64,000 nucleotides of DNA. Source: a virus. Lineage: Duplodnaviria > Caudoviricetes. The DNA is taken from IMG/VR virus record IMGVR_UViG_3300032038_000048, positions 22,360 to 86,359 of that record, one strand, 5' to 3'. This document shows positions 16,776 to 27,007 of the stretch, one piece after another. Numbering within the stretch: the first letter of the stretch is position 1; the number at the start of each line of letters is the position of its first letter. The translations under genes and the position numbers were made by a program. Below the pieces are notes generated by a model, which searched no databases, was not told the DNA's origin, and saw nothing but the letters and a program-made list of their open reading frames with translations.

Positions 16776-19514
16776 ATGAAAGAAGGCGATTTTGATAGTT
16801 TACTGAGAACAGCTGGAGGGAAACCGATTTTCCCTTATGAGTATGTTGATGAGCTCCGAAAGCGCGAAGAGAAGAAAAACAACTCTAATTTCTTTATCGC
16901 GCAAGAAGGAGCACAGGAGAATGATTTGCATAGTACGGTAGATATTCTTGTAACTGGTGGAAACAGAGGCGGTGGCAAGGCTAATACCTACCAAACACCC
17001 GTAATCACACCATCTGGTGTAAAAAAGATGGGAGAACTGCAAGTTGGTGATTTGATATGTACCCCTTACGAAGGAATACAAAAGGTAAAGGAGATTTTTG
17101 AGCAGGGAGTGCAGACGGCGTACACCTTTCATTTTGACGATGGAACCGTAGTCAGATGCATGGATAATCACCAGTTCTGGGCAAGGGCACACCACGACGA
17201 GCCTTTCATGGTTTGGGATGCAAGAGAGATAATGAACCTATATAAAATAGGCGCACGTTATCCTGGCTCTCTGCGTACAGGTGTAACTGAATATGTTGAA
17301 TTTCCTCTCTGTGGCGAGGTGAAGATGGTGGAAAGCAGGGGCGCGATAGAGTTACCAATAGACCCAGGTATTCTTGGGATGATAAGCCGCACTGGAGTAT
17401 GGGAGTTTGGCGGCAGAGGTATTCGTGCGTGCAAATCAAGTTACCTTGTCAGAATGATGTATATGAAGGGTTATATAGCAAAAAAATGCAAAACCGACAA
17501 TTATTACTACATAAAATCCTTGACAACAGAACAAAGAAGGGCTGTAGGGATGAATTTTGGCACAAGCGCCGCTAAAGTGCCAACTATATATATGACTGCA
17601 TCCGTTGAAGCTCGATGGCAATACCTCAAAGGACTTATGGGCGAAAAACCTCACATGACTAAAAATGTGCCCTATATTATAGTTCACGGAAAGAAGTTTG
17701 CGGAAGACGTAGCGCAACTTGCCCGCTCATTGGGAATATGGGCATATTGCGGGGAAGTAACGGACAGTATAGAGCAAGCGGGATTATGGAGAGTTAACTT
17801 CTTTGCCCCCAACAACAAAAATTTCTTTTATTCAGAACAATACAAGAAAGCAGCAAAAGAAAATGGTGTGGTGGCGAAAAGACCAGATAACCCCGACAAC
17901 CTGACAAAGAAACTTCTATATGTAGCAAGAATGGATGAGAAGGTACCATGCAGATGTATTACTGTAACAGGAAAGGATCACCTTTATCTTACAGACGGGT
18001 TTACAGTCAACCATAATACCGCCCTAATGCTTATGGAAGGTTTGTATGATATAAACAATAAACATTTCCATAGCGTGCTCTTTAGAAAAAACAAGGATGA
18101 CTTTGCCAACATAGAGAACGAGAGCAGACGATGGTTTCGCAACCTCGGCAGATATAACAAGTCAAAGGATGATATGACTTGGAACTTTAAGTCTGGAGCA
18201 AAGATGTCCTTCGACCATTTCGATATGACTCTAAAAGATTTTGAAGATAAATACCGAGGTCAACAGTACGCGTACATTGGCATTGACGAGTTTCCGCAGA
18301 TGCCTTTTGAGTTTATGAAAATTCTCATGGGCTCTAATCGAAATACTATTGGTGTGCGCTCACGCATCCTTGGCACATGTAATCCCGACCCGCTGTCATG
18401 GTTACGCAGATTTATTGACTGGTGGATAGGCAAAGAAGATACTGTCTACTCTGATGGCAAAAAACACCCTGAGAGAAAAGGGCTTCCTATCCCCGAGCGT
18501 GACGGAGTGATACGGTATTGTTTTATGGGTGGAAACTCTGTGGATGATATTGTCTGGGGTGATACTCCACAAGAAGTATATGAACAATGCCGAGAAGAAA
18601 TAGACAGCGCATGGGATGATGATTTTGCTCAGTATGGATGGGATAAAATGACATTTGCTGTCAAGTCCGTCACATTCATAAAGGCATCCATTAAGGAAAA
18701 CAAGGCACTACTTAGGAATGACCCCGGGTATGTCGCATCTATACTAAACAAATCACCAGAGGAAAGGGCGAGAGAGTGGGATGGCAATTGGGATGTAATA
18801 AACATGGGTAACGACACCATACAGCCGTATCACATGGAGCGTATATTCACCAACCCTCAAATGAGGGGAGATAATATTCGCAGGGCATCGTGCGATGTTG
18901 CGGGTACGGGCGGAGATAATTGTGTTACATGGCTGTGGATAGGCTGGCATGTAGCCGATGTGTATGTGTGCAGGCGCGACCCTTACTCTACTGTTTCACT
19001 ATTACAATCCAAACTCAGGGAGTGGGGTGTGCTGGAGCAGAACTTCACATACGACCTCAATGGTATGGGACAGGTCTTAAAAGGAGCGTTCCCGAAAGCA
19101 GTACCGTTTAATAATATGGAGGCTGTTAACCATCGCGATAAAGGGCTTTACGACAACATTAAATCGCAATGTGCCTACCGTTTTGCAGAGAAAACGCAAC
19201 AAGGAGAATGGAGTATAGAACCTACGCTTCTTGACAGAAAATACAAAGTGGGTAGCAATACAAATACATTACGCGACATACTACAACGTGAACGTAAGTG
19301 TATAAAACAGGATATGAGCAGGATGGATAAGGGGTGGTGCTTGATACACAAAGAGCAGATGAAACACAAATCCCTTGTCGGTCACTCTCCTGACTTCTTT
19401 GAAGCCCTGTTCATGCGCGAGGTGTTTGAATTAAAGCACCCTCCCGTGACTATCCCCACGTTCCTAAAAGGACACGTCAGAAGTATGCGTTCTTTTTCTT
19501 TTGTAAAAACATAA
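16776..19514 (+). CDS. terL: Terminase large subunit containing an intein
   Basis: Split Walker A GGNRGGGK|T, Walker B YIGIDE, GTCNP coupling motif, C-terminal nuclease CDVAG...HSPD. Confidence 0.92.
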   Translation: MKEGDFDSLLRTAGGKPIFPYEYVDELRKREEKKNNSNFFIAQEGAQENDLHSTVDILVTGGNRGGGKANTYQTPVITPSGVKKMGELQVGDLICTPYEGIQKVKEIFEQGVQTAYTFHFDDGTVVRCMDNHQFWARAHHDEPFMVWDAREIMNLYKIGARYPGSLRTGVTEYVEFPLCGEVKMVESRGAIELPIDPGILGMISRTGVWEFGGRGIRACKSSYLVRMMYMKGYIAKKCKTDNYYYIKSLTTEQRRAVGMNFGTSAAKVPTIYMTASVEARWQYLKGLMGEKPHMTKNVPYIIVHGKKFAEDVAQLARSLGIWAYCGEVTDSIEQAGLWRVNFFAPNNKNFFYSEQYKKAAKENGVVAKRPDNPDNLTKKLLYVARMDEKVPCRCITVTGKDHLYLTDGFTVNHNTALMLMEGLYDINNKHFHSVLFRKNKDDFANIENESRRWFRNLGRYNKSKDDMTWNFKSGAKMSFDHFDMTLKDFEDKYRGQQYAYIGIDEFPQMPFEFMKILMGSNRNTIGVRSRILGTCNPDPLSWLRRFIDWWIGKEDTVYSDGKKHPERKGLPIPERDGVIRYCFMGGNSVDDIVWGDTPQEVYEQCREEIDSAWDDDFAQYGWDKMTFAVKSVTFIKASIKENKALLRNDPGYVASILNKSPEERAREWDGNWDVINMGNDTIQPYHMERIFTNPQMRGDNIRRASCDVAGTGGDNCVTWLWIGWHVADVYVCRRDPYSTVSLLQSKLREWGVLEQNFTYDLNGMGQVLKGAFPKAVPFNNMEAVNHRDKGLYDNIKSQCAYRFAEKTQQGEWSIEPTLLDRKYKVGSNTNTLRDILQRERKCIKQDMSRMDKGWCLIHKEQMKHKSLVGHSPDFFEALFMREVFELKHPPVTIPTFLKGHVRSMRSFSFVKT
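16980..18017 (+). mobile_element. Intein (346 aa, Ala1, ends His-Asn, +1 Thr) with degenerate LAGLIDADG domain
   Basis: Starts ANTYQTPVITPSG; block B CMDNHQFW; block F/G VPCRCITV...FTVNHN|T; excision restores Walker A GGGKT. Confidence 0.88.
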
Positions 19515-19535
19515 CTAAACTAAACTATTATATCA

Positions 19536-21287
19536 ATGGCAACACAAAACACTTTTCTGCGAGGGCTGCTGACAAAAAGACCGTTCTATCGCATCAGTCC
19601 TGAAAACGCAAAAACTGTCAGATGGACTTTTACTGACAGAATGGAGAGAACGGTGACAAGAGACAAGGTTTTAATGAGAGAAGTCACTCAGGCAGACTTT
19701 ATCAGGGAACTTGATACCGACTCGCACGCTATCAATAGTCAGGAAATCTACAAGACTTACTGGCAGAAAGATGAAGACGGAAAATTCTACGAAGCGGATT
19801 TTCCACGCTACGCATTTCCTTTTCAACAGGAAATACTCGACGACAGACTTGCGCGACTTACGGGCAACGACATTCAGTTTGAATTAGCTGACATAGACAA
19901 CGAACATCGCGGATGGGAAACCTTCAACAGGCATAAGGCGGGATGGGCAGACAAGGGCATGGAGAGGGCATGGCACTACCTTGCAAAGTCCGTGCTCTCC
20001 ACTGGTGACGGTGCTTTTGTCGGCATCCTTGACAACGGCGTATTCAGATGGAAGGTTCTTTCTTTTGCTGCGGGCGATGTCCTATACCCTCACTATGATA
20101 TACGGACAGGACGAATGGATGTATTTGCGCGTACATATACAAATTATGACAACGAAGGTAATACCAGACACTACATTGATGTATGGGATGATGCTTACTA
20201 TTACCGTTTTATAGACAGCATAGAAAACGACAATAAAGACAGCAAAGATAAACTTGATGGTTTTGATACATCGGGCTATACACTTGAAACAAAGGAGAAA
20301 CACGGCTTTAATGAGATACCCGTGTCATATAAACGCTGCGAAACAGGCCCTTGCTGGTCGCCAGTACAAGAACTGATAGAACATTACGAAGCTGCCTTTT
20401 CCAGACTTGCACAGTCAAACCACGAATTTGGCCTGCCTATACTCGGCCTCTATGGTGATGGTCAGGATATGCAGGAACTTGCCACCTCTGATATGTCCTA
20501 TGCATCCAAGATTTTCCTTATACCGTCGGAGGGTAAAGCAGAATTTCTGAACAGACAGGATGCATCGTCGGCCTACAAGACAGAACTCGATGAACTACGC
20601 AAGAAAATCTACGAGGGTGCAATGGTTGTAAAAGCACCAGAACTAAAATCGGGTGACACGCCTGCCGCTGCAATAAAACTACTTTACTCAGACTCTTATA
20701 ACAAGGCACTACTTGAAGCAGAGGAATACGATGAGTGTGTGCAGGAGATGGTACGTATCTTCCGATGGGGTTACGGCATAGAATGTGAACATAGACTGGA
20801 CTTCGCAAACACACGGATAGTATTCTATATCAGACCATTTATCCCTATCAACGACCAGGAAGTAACAAACAACCTTGCTATGGCGGTGCAGAACGGTTTC
20901 TGTTCCAAGCAGACAGCATCAGAGAAATTCTATCACGCAACACCTAACGAATGGCACAGACTATTACAGGAAAAGCATGATGAGCAGATGCATCAGTTAC
21001 TTATCGAAGAACAGCGACTGGAGATACAACAGGAAAACACCATCGAAACACAAGAGCAACTCTCTGAGATACAGACCGAAGCACAGATAGATGTCATTAA
21101 CGCGCAGAATAACGAAGAGGACAAAGAGAGCGGTGATGACGATAATACAAAGAAGGCTCGTTCCCGTAAAGGTTCGGTTGCTACAGGCAGAGGTAGCGGA
21201 AGACCAAACAAATCTGGTCGTACATACGATGATAGCCGAAACTGGGCAGGACGTAATAATTGGGATGAATGGAATCAATCTCACTAA
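19536..21287 (+). CDS. Portal protein (SPP1-like)
   Basis: 583 aa directly after terL; helical; LIEHYEAAFSRLAQSNHEFGLPIL pattern; charged C-terminal tail. Confidence 0.8.
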   Translation: MATQNTFLRGLLTKRPFYRISPENAKTVRWTFTDRMERTVTRDKVLMREVTQADFIRELDTDSHAINSQEIYKTYWQKDEDGKFYEADFPRYAFPFQQEILDDRLARLTGNDIQFELADIDNEHRGWETFNRHKAGWADKGMERAWHYLAKSVLSTGDGAFVGILDNGVFRWKVLSFAAGDVLYPHYDIRTGRMDVFARTYTNYDNEGNTRHYIDVWDDAYYYRFIDSIENDNKDSKDKLDGFDTSGYTLETKEKHGFNEIPVSYKRCETGPCWSPVQELIEHYEAAFSRLAQSNHEFGLPILGLYGDGQDMQELATSDMSYASKIFLIPSEGKAEFLNRQDASSAYKTELDELRKKIYEGAMVVKAPELKSGDTPAAAIKLLYSDSYNKALLEAEEYDECVQEMVRIFRWGYGIECEHRLDFANTRIVFYIRPFIPINDQEVTNNLAMAVQNGFCSKQTASEKFYHATPNEWHRLLQEKHDEQMHQLLIEEQRLEIQQENTIETQEQLSEIQTEAQIDVINAQNNEEDKESGDDDNTKKARSRKGSVATGRGSGRPNKSGRTYDDSRNWAGRNNWDEWNQSH

Positions 21288-21296
21288 TAAGCAGAC

Positions 21297-22184
21297 ATGG
21301 CAGAACCTATAAGAATAAAATTAGACACAACCAAATATAAAACGCCAACCGAAGAGGATGTACGCGCCGCAAAGCAGTACATCCTCCAAAGGGAAGCACA
21401 CGCGGAACTTCTGGCAGGGGAGGTAGATGAATTTCTTGAAGATGCAGCGAGAAGTATAGTTACTATATGCTATAGATACGGCATTGAACCTAGGCAGTTC
21501 GTGATTTCGTCTACCTATAACCGCGACATGATGGATGAGATAGCGTCAGTTATGGATGAGTTGGAAGAAAACATACTCTCTATATTAGAACGTCACGCCA
21601 CCGCGTGTACGGACGATGTAAAAAGGAAGAGGGTGCTATGGGCGTGGGTTCTTCTTCTCGGGAAAAAAGGTAAAGACCTGCGAAACACACTTGAAGGTTA
21701 TTTAAGTAAATTCCTTAAAGACCTTGAAGCCGCACTTGCAGCCATGAGTTATAATGGCAGAAGCCAGACCGAAGCAATCTGGCTTGTAAGAAAGTATCTT
21801 CACGACATTTACGGTATGCCCGATGTTGTTGCTTCTTTTCAGCATAAGGAAGATTTTGCTGCCACATACATCCTTTCGGGCGGCGTACAGAAAGGAGCGG
21901 TAGGTTTATCCAACAATGGCTCCACCAACGTAGTGAATATGAGCAGGATAACCACGCAAATGGCATGGATGAAGGAACAGGGGGAGGATTTTAAGAATCA
22001 GGGAGCTATTGGTTATTATCAGTTACGCGGAAGTGATTTTGACTGTCCTATGTGCGACGACGAGGTGGGATTTTACCCCGACCTTAAAGGTATTTCTGAA
22101 CACCCGTATGTACACCCCCACTGCAAATGTTATAGAATACCGATTTTTAGTAAAGAACAGATAGATGGACTTATCAACAAGTAA
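21297..22184 (+). CDS. Head morphogenesis/minor capsid protein (SPP1 gp7-like)
   Basis: C-terminal CPMCDD...PYVHPHCKC motif; after portal. Confidence 0.7.
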   Translation: MAEPIRIKLDTTKYKTPTEEDVRAAKQYILQREAHAELLAGEVDEFLEDAARSIVTICYRYGIEPRQFVISSTYNRDMMDEIASVMDELEENILSILERHATACTDDVKRKRVLWAWVLLLGKKGKDLRNTLEGYLSKFLKDLEAALAAMSYNGRSQTEAIWLVRKYLHDIYGMPDVVASFQHKEDFAATYILSGGVQKGAVGLSNNGSTNVVNMSRITTQMAWMKEQGEDFKNQGAIGYYQLRGSDFDCPMCDDEVGFYPDLKGISEHPYVHPHCKCYRIPIFSKEQIDGLINK

Positions 22185-22752
22185 AACAGCAGAAGCAAAG
22201 AAACTAAAGACGAGTGTAGAGAACCTTGTCTTTGCCGACCTTCTCTCTATTGGCTATAGTGAGGCGGATGCGTATATTATCTCACACCCAGGCGACTCAC
22301 AAATGAGCACACAGTATAGGGATAGCAATATGCGTAGAATAACAAGGAGCTCCGCTTTTAGAGAACTTTGCGAAGAGAGAAAGCGCAGTAATACCACTCG
22401 GCTGGCATTTTCGGGCAATCTTGAAGATGTTGAACTTATTGATGCAGAGGAAACGGCAAAGGAAATTCTAAAAATAGCAAGAATGATGCCTGAGCACTCC
22501 AAAGAGAGGGGTGAGATGTTTATGAAGTATGCCGATCTGACGCGCAAAAATGACGCAGCAACGGAGGAATCCACAGATGCCATCAACTTCTATTTTCCCA
22601 TCAAATGCGACCAATGCCCGTTACTGACAGCATACAATGATTTCCTTAAGCGAAACAAAACAAAAGAAGTGCGCCCCGTAGAAATGGAGCGTATAATAAG
22701 GCTTTCTCATAGTATCATAAAGAAAGCCATAAAAGAAGAGAGTGAGGATTAA
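22165..22752 (+). CDS. Hypothetical protein, possibly terminase small subunit
   Basis: N-terminal HTH-like LLSIGYSEADAY; last gene of the packaging operon. Confidence 0.5.
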   Translation: MDLSTSKTAEAKKLKTSVENLVFADLLSIGYSEADAYIISHPGDSQMSTQYRDSNMRRITRSSAFRELCEERKRSNTTRLAFSGNLEDVELIDAEETAKEILKIARMMPEHSKERGEMFMKYADLTRKNDAATEESTDAINFYFPIKCDQCPLLTAYNDFLKRNKTKEVRPVEMERIIRLSHSIIKKAIKEESED

Positions 22753-23294
22753 ACCTCACTCTCCTTGCTTTTGTCAATCTCGTCTGAAACCCGTTCGGCA
22801 AGTTCTTCTTTTTCGTCTTGTTCCTCGTCGTAAGAGTCCTCCACATACTCATCATACCCGTTACGCCACTTTATAAATTTCTTTATCAGCGTTTTTGCAT
22901 CTGAGACAAGTCCCTTGCGGTGTTTTTTCTCTAGAAGAGAAGGATGCGCGTATGCAGTGACTATAAGTTCCAGTGCCCGTTGGAAAAAACCATTTCCGAT
23001 GGCTGTGGCGTAATTCATATTACTAAGCAGTGTGCGCAGGACTATCTCTCCCCTTGACTTCACAACCTCGTCATCGGAGGTATAGTCATTATATGTCATA
23101 GTGAGGATGCTAAACATCTCCCATGTGGCAGGTATGCGAACCATCCAACTTCCGTCAAGATTCGAGACATAGATACATTCGATGTTCTCTTTCCTTTTCC
23201 CTTTGCCTGCATCAAGACCGAACCTGCTTCGCCAGATTTTGAAATTACCCACCCTTGCAGGTCTTACAAACGGTATCTTCTGAGTATCATCCAT
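22749..23294 (-). CDS. Hypothetical protein
   Basis: 181 aa with acidic C-terminus; coupled to upstream ORF. Confidence 0.7.
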   Translation of the reverse strand: MDDTQKIPFVRPARVGNFKIWRSRFGLDAGKGKRKENIECIYVSNLDGSWMVRIPATWEMFSILTMTYNDYTSDDEVVKSRGEIVLRTLLSNMNYATAIGNGFFQRALELIVTAYAHPSLLEKKHRKGLVSDAKTLIKKFIKWRNGYDEYVEDSYDEEQDEKEELAERVSDEIDKSKESEV

Positions 23295-23794
23295 TACTGT
23301 ATTCCTTTTTTAAGTTTCTCCAATAGATCTTCGACAGAACTATACATATCGCACTCCCTTAGAATGTCGCCGCACTCGGTCTTATACTGATACCCATCTG
23401 TTAAGGTAAGTTCCACGCCGCTTACCTTTGAATACTTTATTGTATTAAAGTACATATAGTAAACCGTATCGTGTATATGGTATTTGTGTTGTTTATTACG
23501 CTGTTTTCTTACATACTGCACGAGAGTGTCGGTATAGTTACCATCAAGCGACATAGTGTAGGCACACTCACCACGCAACTGTTCTTCGAGCAGGGCAATT
23601 TCCTCTGCTTTCTTTTTGCACGTATAGAACAACTCCATGTCGGTGCTCTCACCATTATCCATCATTTCGACAGGCTCTGTATCTTTGCCACTTAAAACTT
23701 CCTTACATCGCTCCATCTGAGTATATGCACGAAGCAGTTCGCGACGCACATCCTTCTCGCTCAGTGAGAATACAAAATCCCTTATACTACTCAT
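23294..23794 (-). CDS. Hypothetical protein
   Basis: 166 aa; stop/start overlaps at both ends. Confidence 0.7.
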   Translation of the reverse strand: MSSIRDFVFSLSEKDVRRELLRAYTQMERCKEVLSGKDTEPVEMMDNGESTDMELFYTCKKKAEEIALLEEQLRGECAYTMSLDGNYTDTLVQYVRKQRNKQHKYHIHDTVYYMYFNTIKYSKVSGVELTLTDGYQYKTECGDILRECDMYSSVEDLLEKLKKGIQ

Positions 23795-23979
23795 GGCATT
23801 TTCTCGTTTTTAGGTTCATTTTTCTTTGTTTTTGATTTCTTTGCTGTGGGTTTCCGCTTCTTTGGCTTCTCTTCCTTTACCTCGGCAATCTCTGCCACCA
23901 CAACTTCCTTTACTGGTTCTGGTGCAGGTTTATTTTTCTCCTGCACCACAGGCACATTTCTTCCAATTATAATACCCAT
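23791..23979 (-). CDS. Small K/E-rich hypothetical protein
   Basis: 62 aa in a tightly packed operon. Confidence 0.55.
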   Translation of the reverse strand: MGIIIGRNVPVVQEKNKPAPEPVKEVVVAEIAEVKEEKPKKRKPTAKKSKTKKNEPKNEKMP

Positions 23980-23994
23980 ATCTTGCTTCTTTTT

Positions 23995-24339
23995 TTATTT
24001 GTTCATTATCCTCTGCCAGAGAGAGCGCGAACGCAGCATTTCTATCTCTTTAAGGGCGGCGCGATGCATATCCTTATACTCGTCTAGTTCACGCTCCTGC
24101 ATATTACACTTGTGAGTAAGTTCATCGTTGCGCTCTTTTAATAAACGCAAGTCATTCTCTGTAGCCCCCGCGCTATTCATTAGTTCGTGGTACTTATCCC
24201 TCCACGCATCACAGTCACCAACGAGCATCGACGTACCCTCAATCTGACTGCGCAGCTTCTCCTTCAACTTGGCGACCTCACCCTCCAGTGACTTCACCAT
24301 CGCCCATGTCGGGCGCACTCTCTTCTTTTCTTGTTCCAT
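23995..24339 (-). CDS. Coiled-coil hypothetical protein
   Basis: Ends RSRSLWQRIMNK; heptad-like pattern. Confidence 0.7.
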   Translation of the reverse strand: MEQEKKRVRPTWAMVKSLEGEVAKLKEKLRSQIEGTSMLVGDCDAWRDKYHELMNSAGATENDLRLLKERNDELTHKCNMQERELDEYKDMHRAALKEIEMLRSRSLWQRIMNK

Positions 24340-24372
24340 TCTCTGATTATTTATTAAGGTTCGTACATAATT

Positions 24373-24579
24373 CTATCCCAACAACTCCGCCTGCCTGATT
24401 AGGTCGAGTATATCTTCATAGCCCTCGATAACATCTACATTCCTGCCATTAACCCATACGGTGCGGCACTCTGGCTTATGGTGGTCCTCTGCGTTATCCG
24501 ATACACACTCGATGCAGTCCACCCTTATCACCATCTTTCTTTCGTCATAGAGCGACGTTAGTTCTATAAATCCAGTCAT
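24373..24579 (-). CDS. Small hypothetical protein (FlbD-like pattern)
   Basis: FIELT...IRVDCIECV...DVIEGYEDILDLI. Confidence 0.55.
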   Translation of the reverse strand: MTGFIELTSLYDERKMVIRVDCIECVSDNAEDHHKPECRTVWVNGRNVDVIEGYEDILDLIRQAELLG

Positions 24580-24613
24580 GTCTTCTGTTTGAAATTACTA
24601 CAACTCTAAATAG

Positions 24614-24919
24614 TTACTTATTCAACAGTCTATGTAAAAACGGACGGTGTTTTAAGCGAAAAACCTCATCTTCCAACTCTTTGATTTTATCTTCACGCTC
24701 TTTTACGTCACAGTCTCGTGGAAATGCTCTTTTTATGCCGTTATATACCATCTCAACGAGATTATTGGCATCTATGGAGCCTTGCTGCAACAATGCAGGG
24801 TTGTATTTCTCGTCACGAAGCATGACAGAAAAGTTTATCATCGCCTGCTCATACACAACTAAATCGCGCTCCTTCTCTGCAAGCAACGCCAACATTATCT
24901 TTATTTCTTTCCGCGTCAT
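24614..24919 (-). CDS. Hypothetical protein
   Basis: Ends RLKHRPFLHRLLNK, similar to the end of 23995-24339. Confidence 0.65.
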   Translation of the reverse strand: MTRKEIKIMLALLAEKERDLVVYEQAMINFSVMLRDEKYNPALLQQGSIDANNLVEMVYNGIKRAFPRDCDVKEREDKIKELEDEVFRLKHRPFLHRLLNK

Positions 24920-25122
24920 ATCTTTGCTAATTTTGATTTGAAATTACTACAACTCTTTTCTGAAAGTATCACCTTCCTCCTTGTCTGGTAAGGACAGGTG
25001 CCAAGTGTGGGCTTCCCATCCAAGGACAGGAGATTAAACGGCTCCCGCACCTCAGTACAGAAAGCACACTCACGGCAGGAGTGCGCCGCCTGTTTTCTAT
25101 CCTCTTTCTTTTTCTTTGCCAT
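24916..25122 (-). CDS. Small Cys-rich hypothetical protein
   Basis: Likely start MAKKKK at 25122; CRECAFC...CPY...C. Confidence 0.55.
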   Translation of the reverse strand: MAKKKKEDRKQAAHSCRECAFCTEVREPFNLLSLDGKPTLGTCPYQTRRKVILSEKSCSNFKSKLAKI

Positions 25123-25579
25123 AAAGCGCGATAAGAAGGGCATCGGCAGTGGCAAGCGTTATCTTCTTCGCTCTCCACAGTGCGGGAAAACGCTGCTGTG
25201 CCAGTGACTTCAACTTGTTCTTCCACTCTGTTTTCGACGCGTACTTCTTCGCCGTACCTACAGCAAAGTATTTCATCCACTTCTGCGGTGTCACCTCCAC
25301 CGTGGGTATGGAAAGGGCAAGCAGAGCCACTTCTATATGTCCGCAGTGGCGGGCAAAGGTCGCCGTAGCCTTCGACGACTGGCCAGGCATACCTGTACCC
25401 ACCTTCTCCATATAGCAGACGATGCTATCACAGGGCATCGCAGCAATATCACGCAGATAATCGTATAAATCCATTATCGTAGGCGGCATCTTCGTGATGC
25501 ACACCGTATTGCCATCATTGTCTATCACGGCTATGCCACCGCTAAGACCAGGGTCAATTCCTATTATCAACTTCTTCAT
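25097..25579 (-). CDS. RuvC-like Holliday junction resolvase
   Basis: IIGIDPGLSGGIA, YMEKV, VTPQKW, ADALLIA. Confidence 0.85.
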   Translation of the reverse strand: MKKLIIGIDPGLSGGIAVIDNDGNTVCITKMPPTIMDLYDYLRDIAAMPCDSIVCYMEKVGTGMPGQSSKATATFARHCGHIEVALLALSIPTVEVTPQKWMKYFAVGTAKKYASKTEWKNKLKSLAQQRFPALWRAKKITLATADALLIALYGKEKERG

Positions 25580-25585
25580 AACACA

Positions 25586-27007
25586 TTAGATTTTTAATCC
25601 AAATGACAATTTCACTTCACTGAACACCTCGTACACATAGCCAGATGATGTGCGCTTACGAGAGAAACCAAGTCTTACCAGTTCCGAGCCGAATATGCGC
25701 TGGGTAATGGGTTCTATCGCCCATTTATGGCAATATGACACATAATCCTGATACAAGACAGTAGACAAAGCCCATTGGGGTTTCTCTTCCTTGTGCCCCA
25801 CATATCTGTTCGGACGTATGGCAGAACTATTAAGGTAGACCTGCACGCTCTGACCGTTCTCAAGCATATAGTCAGTCATTTCCTCATCGCTGGCATCCAC
25901 CACACCGAAGCGGTAGTTATCCCTCACGAGCATCCTATAGCCCTCCATCATCCAGTTCCTGATACCAGAGAGTTCCGAAAGTAAATCGGCAGCAAGGCCA
26001 CGGTTCATATCCGAGAGTTTTACTGTAGCCTTAAAGTGAACAAACAGTAATCTGCGCAGTAGCGCATGGTCCATAAACCTGTCCTTCGGGCGACGGTTCA
26101 TGTTGAAGATAAGATATGGTATGGCCGTGGCAGTCTCAGGGTTCTGTCCTAATCTGCGCACTGTCTGCGGCTCACCACTGCACAAAGACTTGAATACGTC
26201 ACTATGACGGCTTATATCCTCTGCCTGCACCTCCGAACAGTAATTGAATATCTTACCCACCATGCCACCGATAAAACGCGCACGCACCTCCGTAGAAGGA
26301 CTGAGCAGGGTATCTAAGCCCATGTAGGAGATATTGTTCGCACCATACACCGAACGGACAACATCGAAAACCACGCTCTTGCCATTCGCACCATTGCCAA
26401 TTAACCACAGCGTTTCCTCTATCTTATGTGACATGGATCGTCTATCCACACACCCAAGACCAAGGTACTTCTGCAACGTATGTATTTCTGTCTTACCTAA
26501 CACGCTCTCAAGAAAAGCACACCACGCGGGACAACCTGCGGTAACATCATAGTCATACGGCAACAACTCCAATACTGGCATCCTGTCCGTAAACGGATGG
26601 TATATCGGATTATCCAAGTCGGAGAAATCCCACACGCCATTACGAAAACCTATCACCGACGGAGAAACCAATAGCGGACTCGTCTTCGCCCCATCCTTTA
26701 ACGAGCGAACCAGAGCATAACTGCACTTCACCAAATCCGACTTCGGCACACCACTAGAAGAAAGACTATTCTTCACCGCATACTCCAGAATATAATCTTC
26801 AAGCCTGCACCATACCTTGCCATTATGGTAATACACACCCGCCTCATACCAACGGAATAAACACATACCGGCATGAAACACCACCTCCTGATACCCATAC
26901 AGACGCTCACCATACGCAGCACACTGATACGCCTGCCTCACCTTCCTCCGGTCATACACACCACACAATCCCGAAGCCACAAATCCTATCAACTCATTAT
27001 CCACCAC
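25586..27007 (-). CDS. P4/D5-family SF3 helicase (no recognisable primase domain)
   Basis: IGFRNGVWD (D5_N-like), Walker A GNGANGKS, YCSE, FKSLCSGE, FNMN..P, LLRRL; GTG start. Confidence 0.85.
   Translation of the reverse strand: MVDNELIGFVASGLCGVYDRRKVRQAYQCAAYGERLYGYQEVVFHAGMCLFRWYEAGVYYHNGKVWCRLEDYILEYAVKNSLSSSGVPKSDLVKCSYALVRSLKDGAKTSPLLVSPSVIGFRNGVWDFSDLDNPIYHPFTDRMPVLELLPYDYDVTAGCPAWCAFLESVLGKTEIHTLQKYLGLGCVDRRSMSHKIEETLWLIGNGANGKSVVFDVVRSVYGANNISYMGLDTLLSPSTEVRARFIGGMVGKIFNYCSEVQAEDISRHSDVFKSLCSGEPQTVRRLGQNPETATAIPYLIFNMNRRPKDRFMDHALLRRLLFVHFKATVKLSDMNRGLAADLLSELSGIRNWMMEGYRMLVRDNYRFGVVDASDEEMTDYMLENGQSVQVYLNSSAIRPNRYVGHKEEKPQWALSTVLYQDYVSYCHKWAIEPITQRIFGSELVRLGFSRKRTSSGYVYEVFSEVKLSFGLKI

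Noticed and set aside
16848-16865. Partial match of the upstream spacer (GAGCTCCGCAAGC) to terL (GAGCTCCGAAAGC)
   Set aside because: Only 12/13 nt match and the rest diverges, so it is compatible with chance. I could not run a full self-targeting search.
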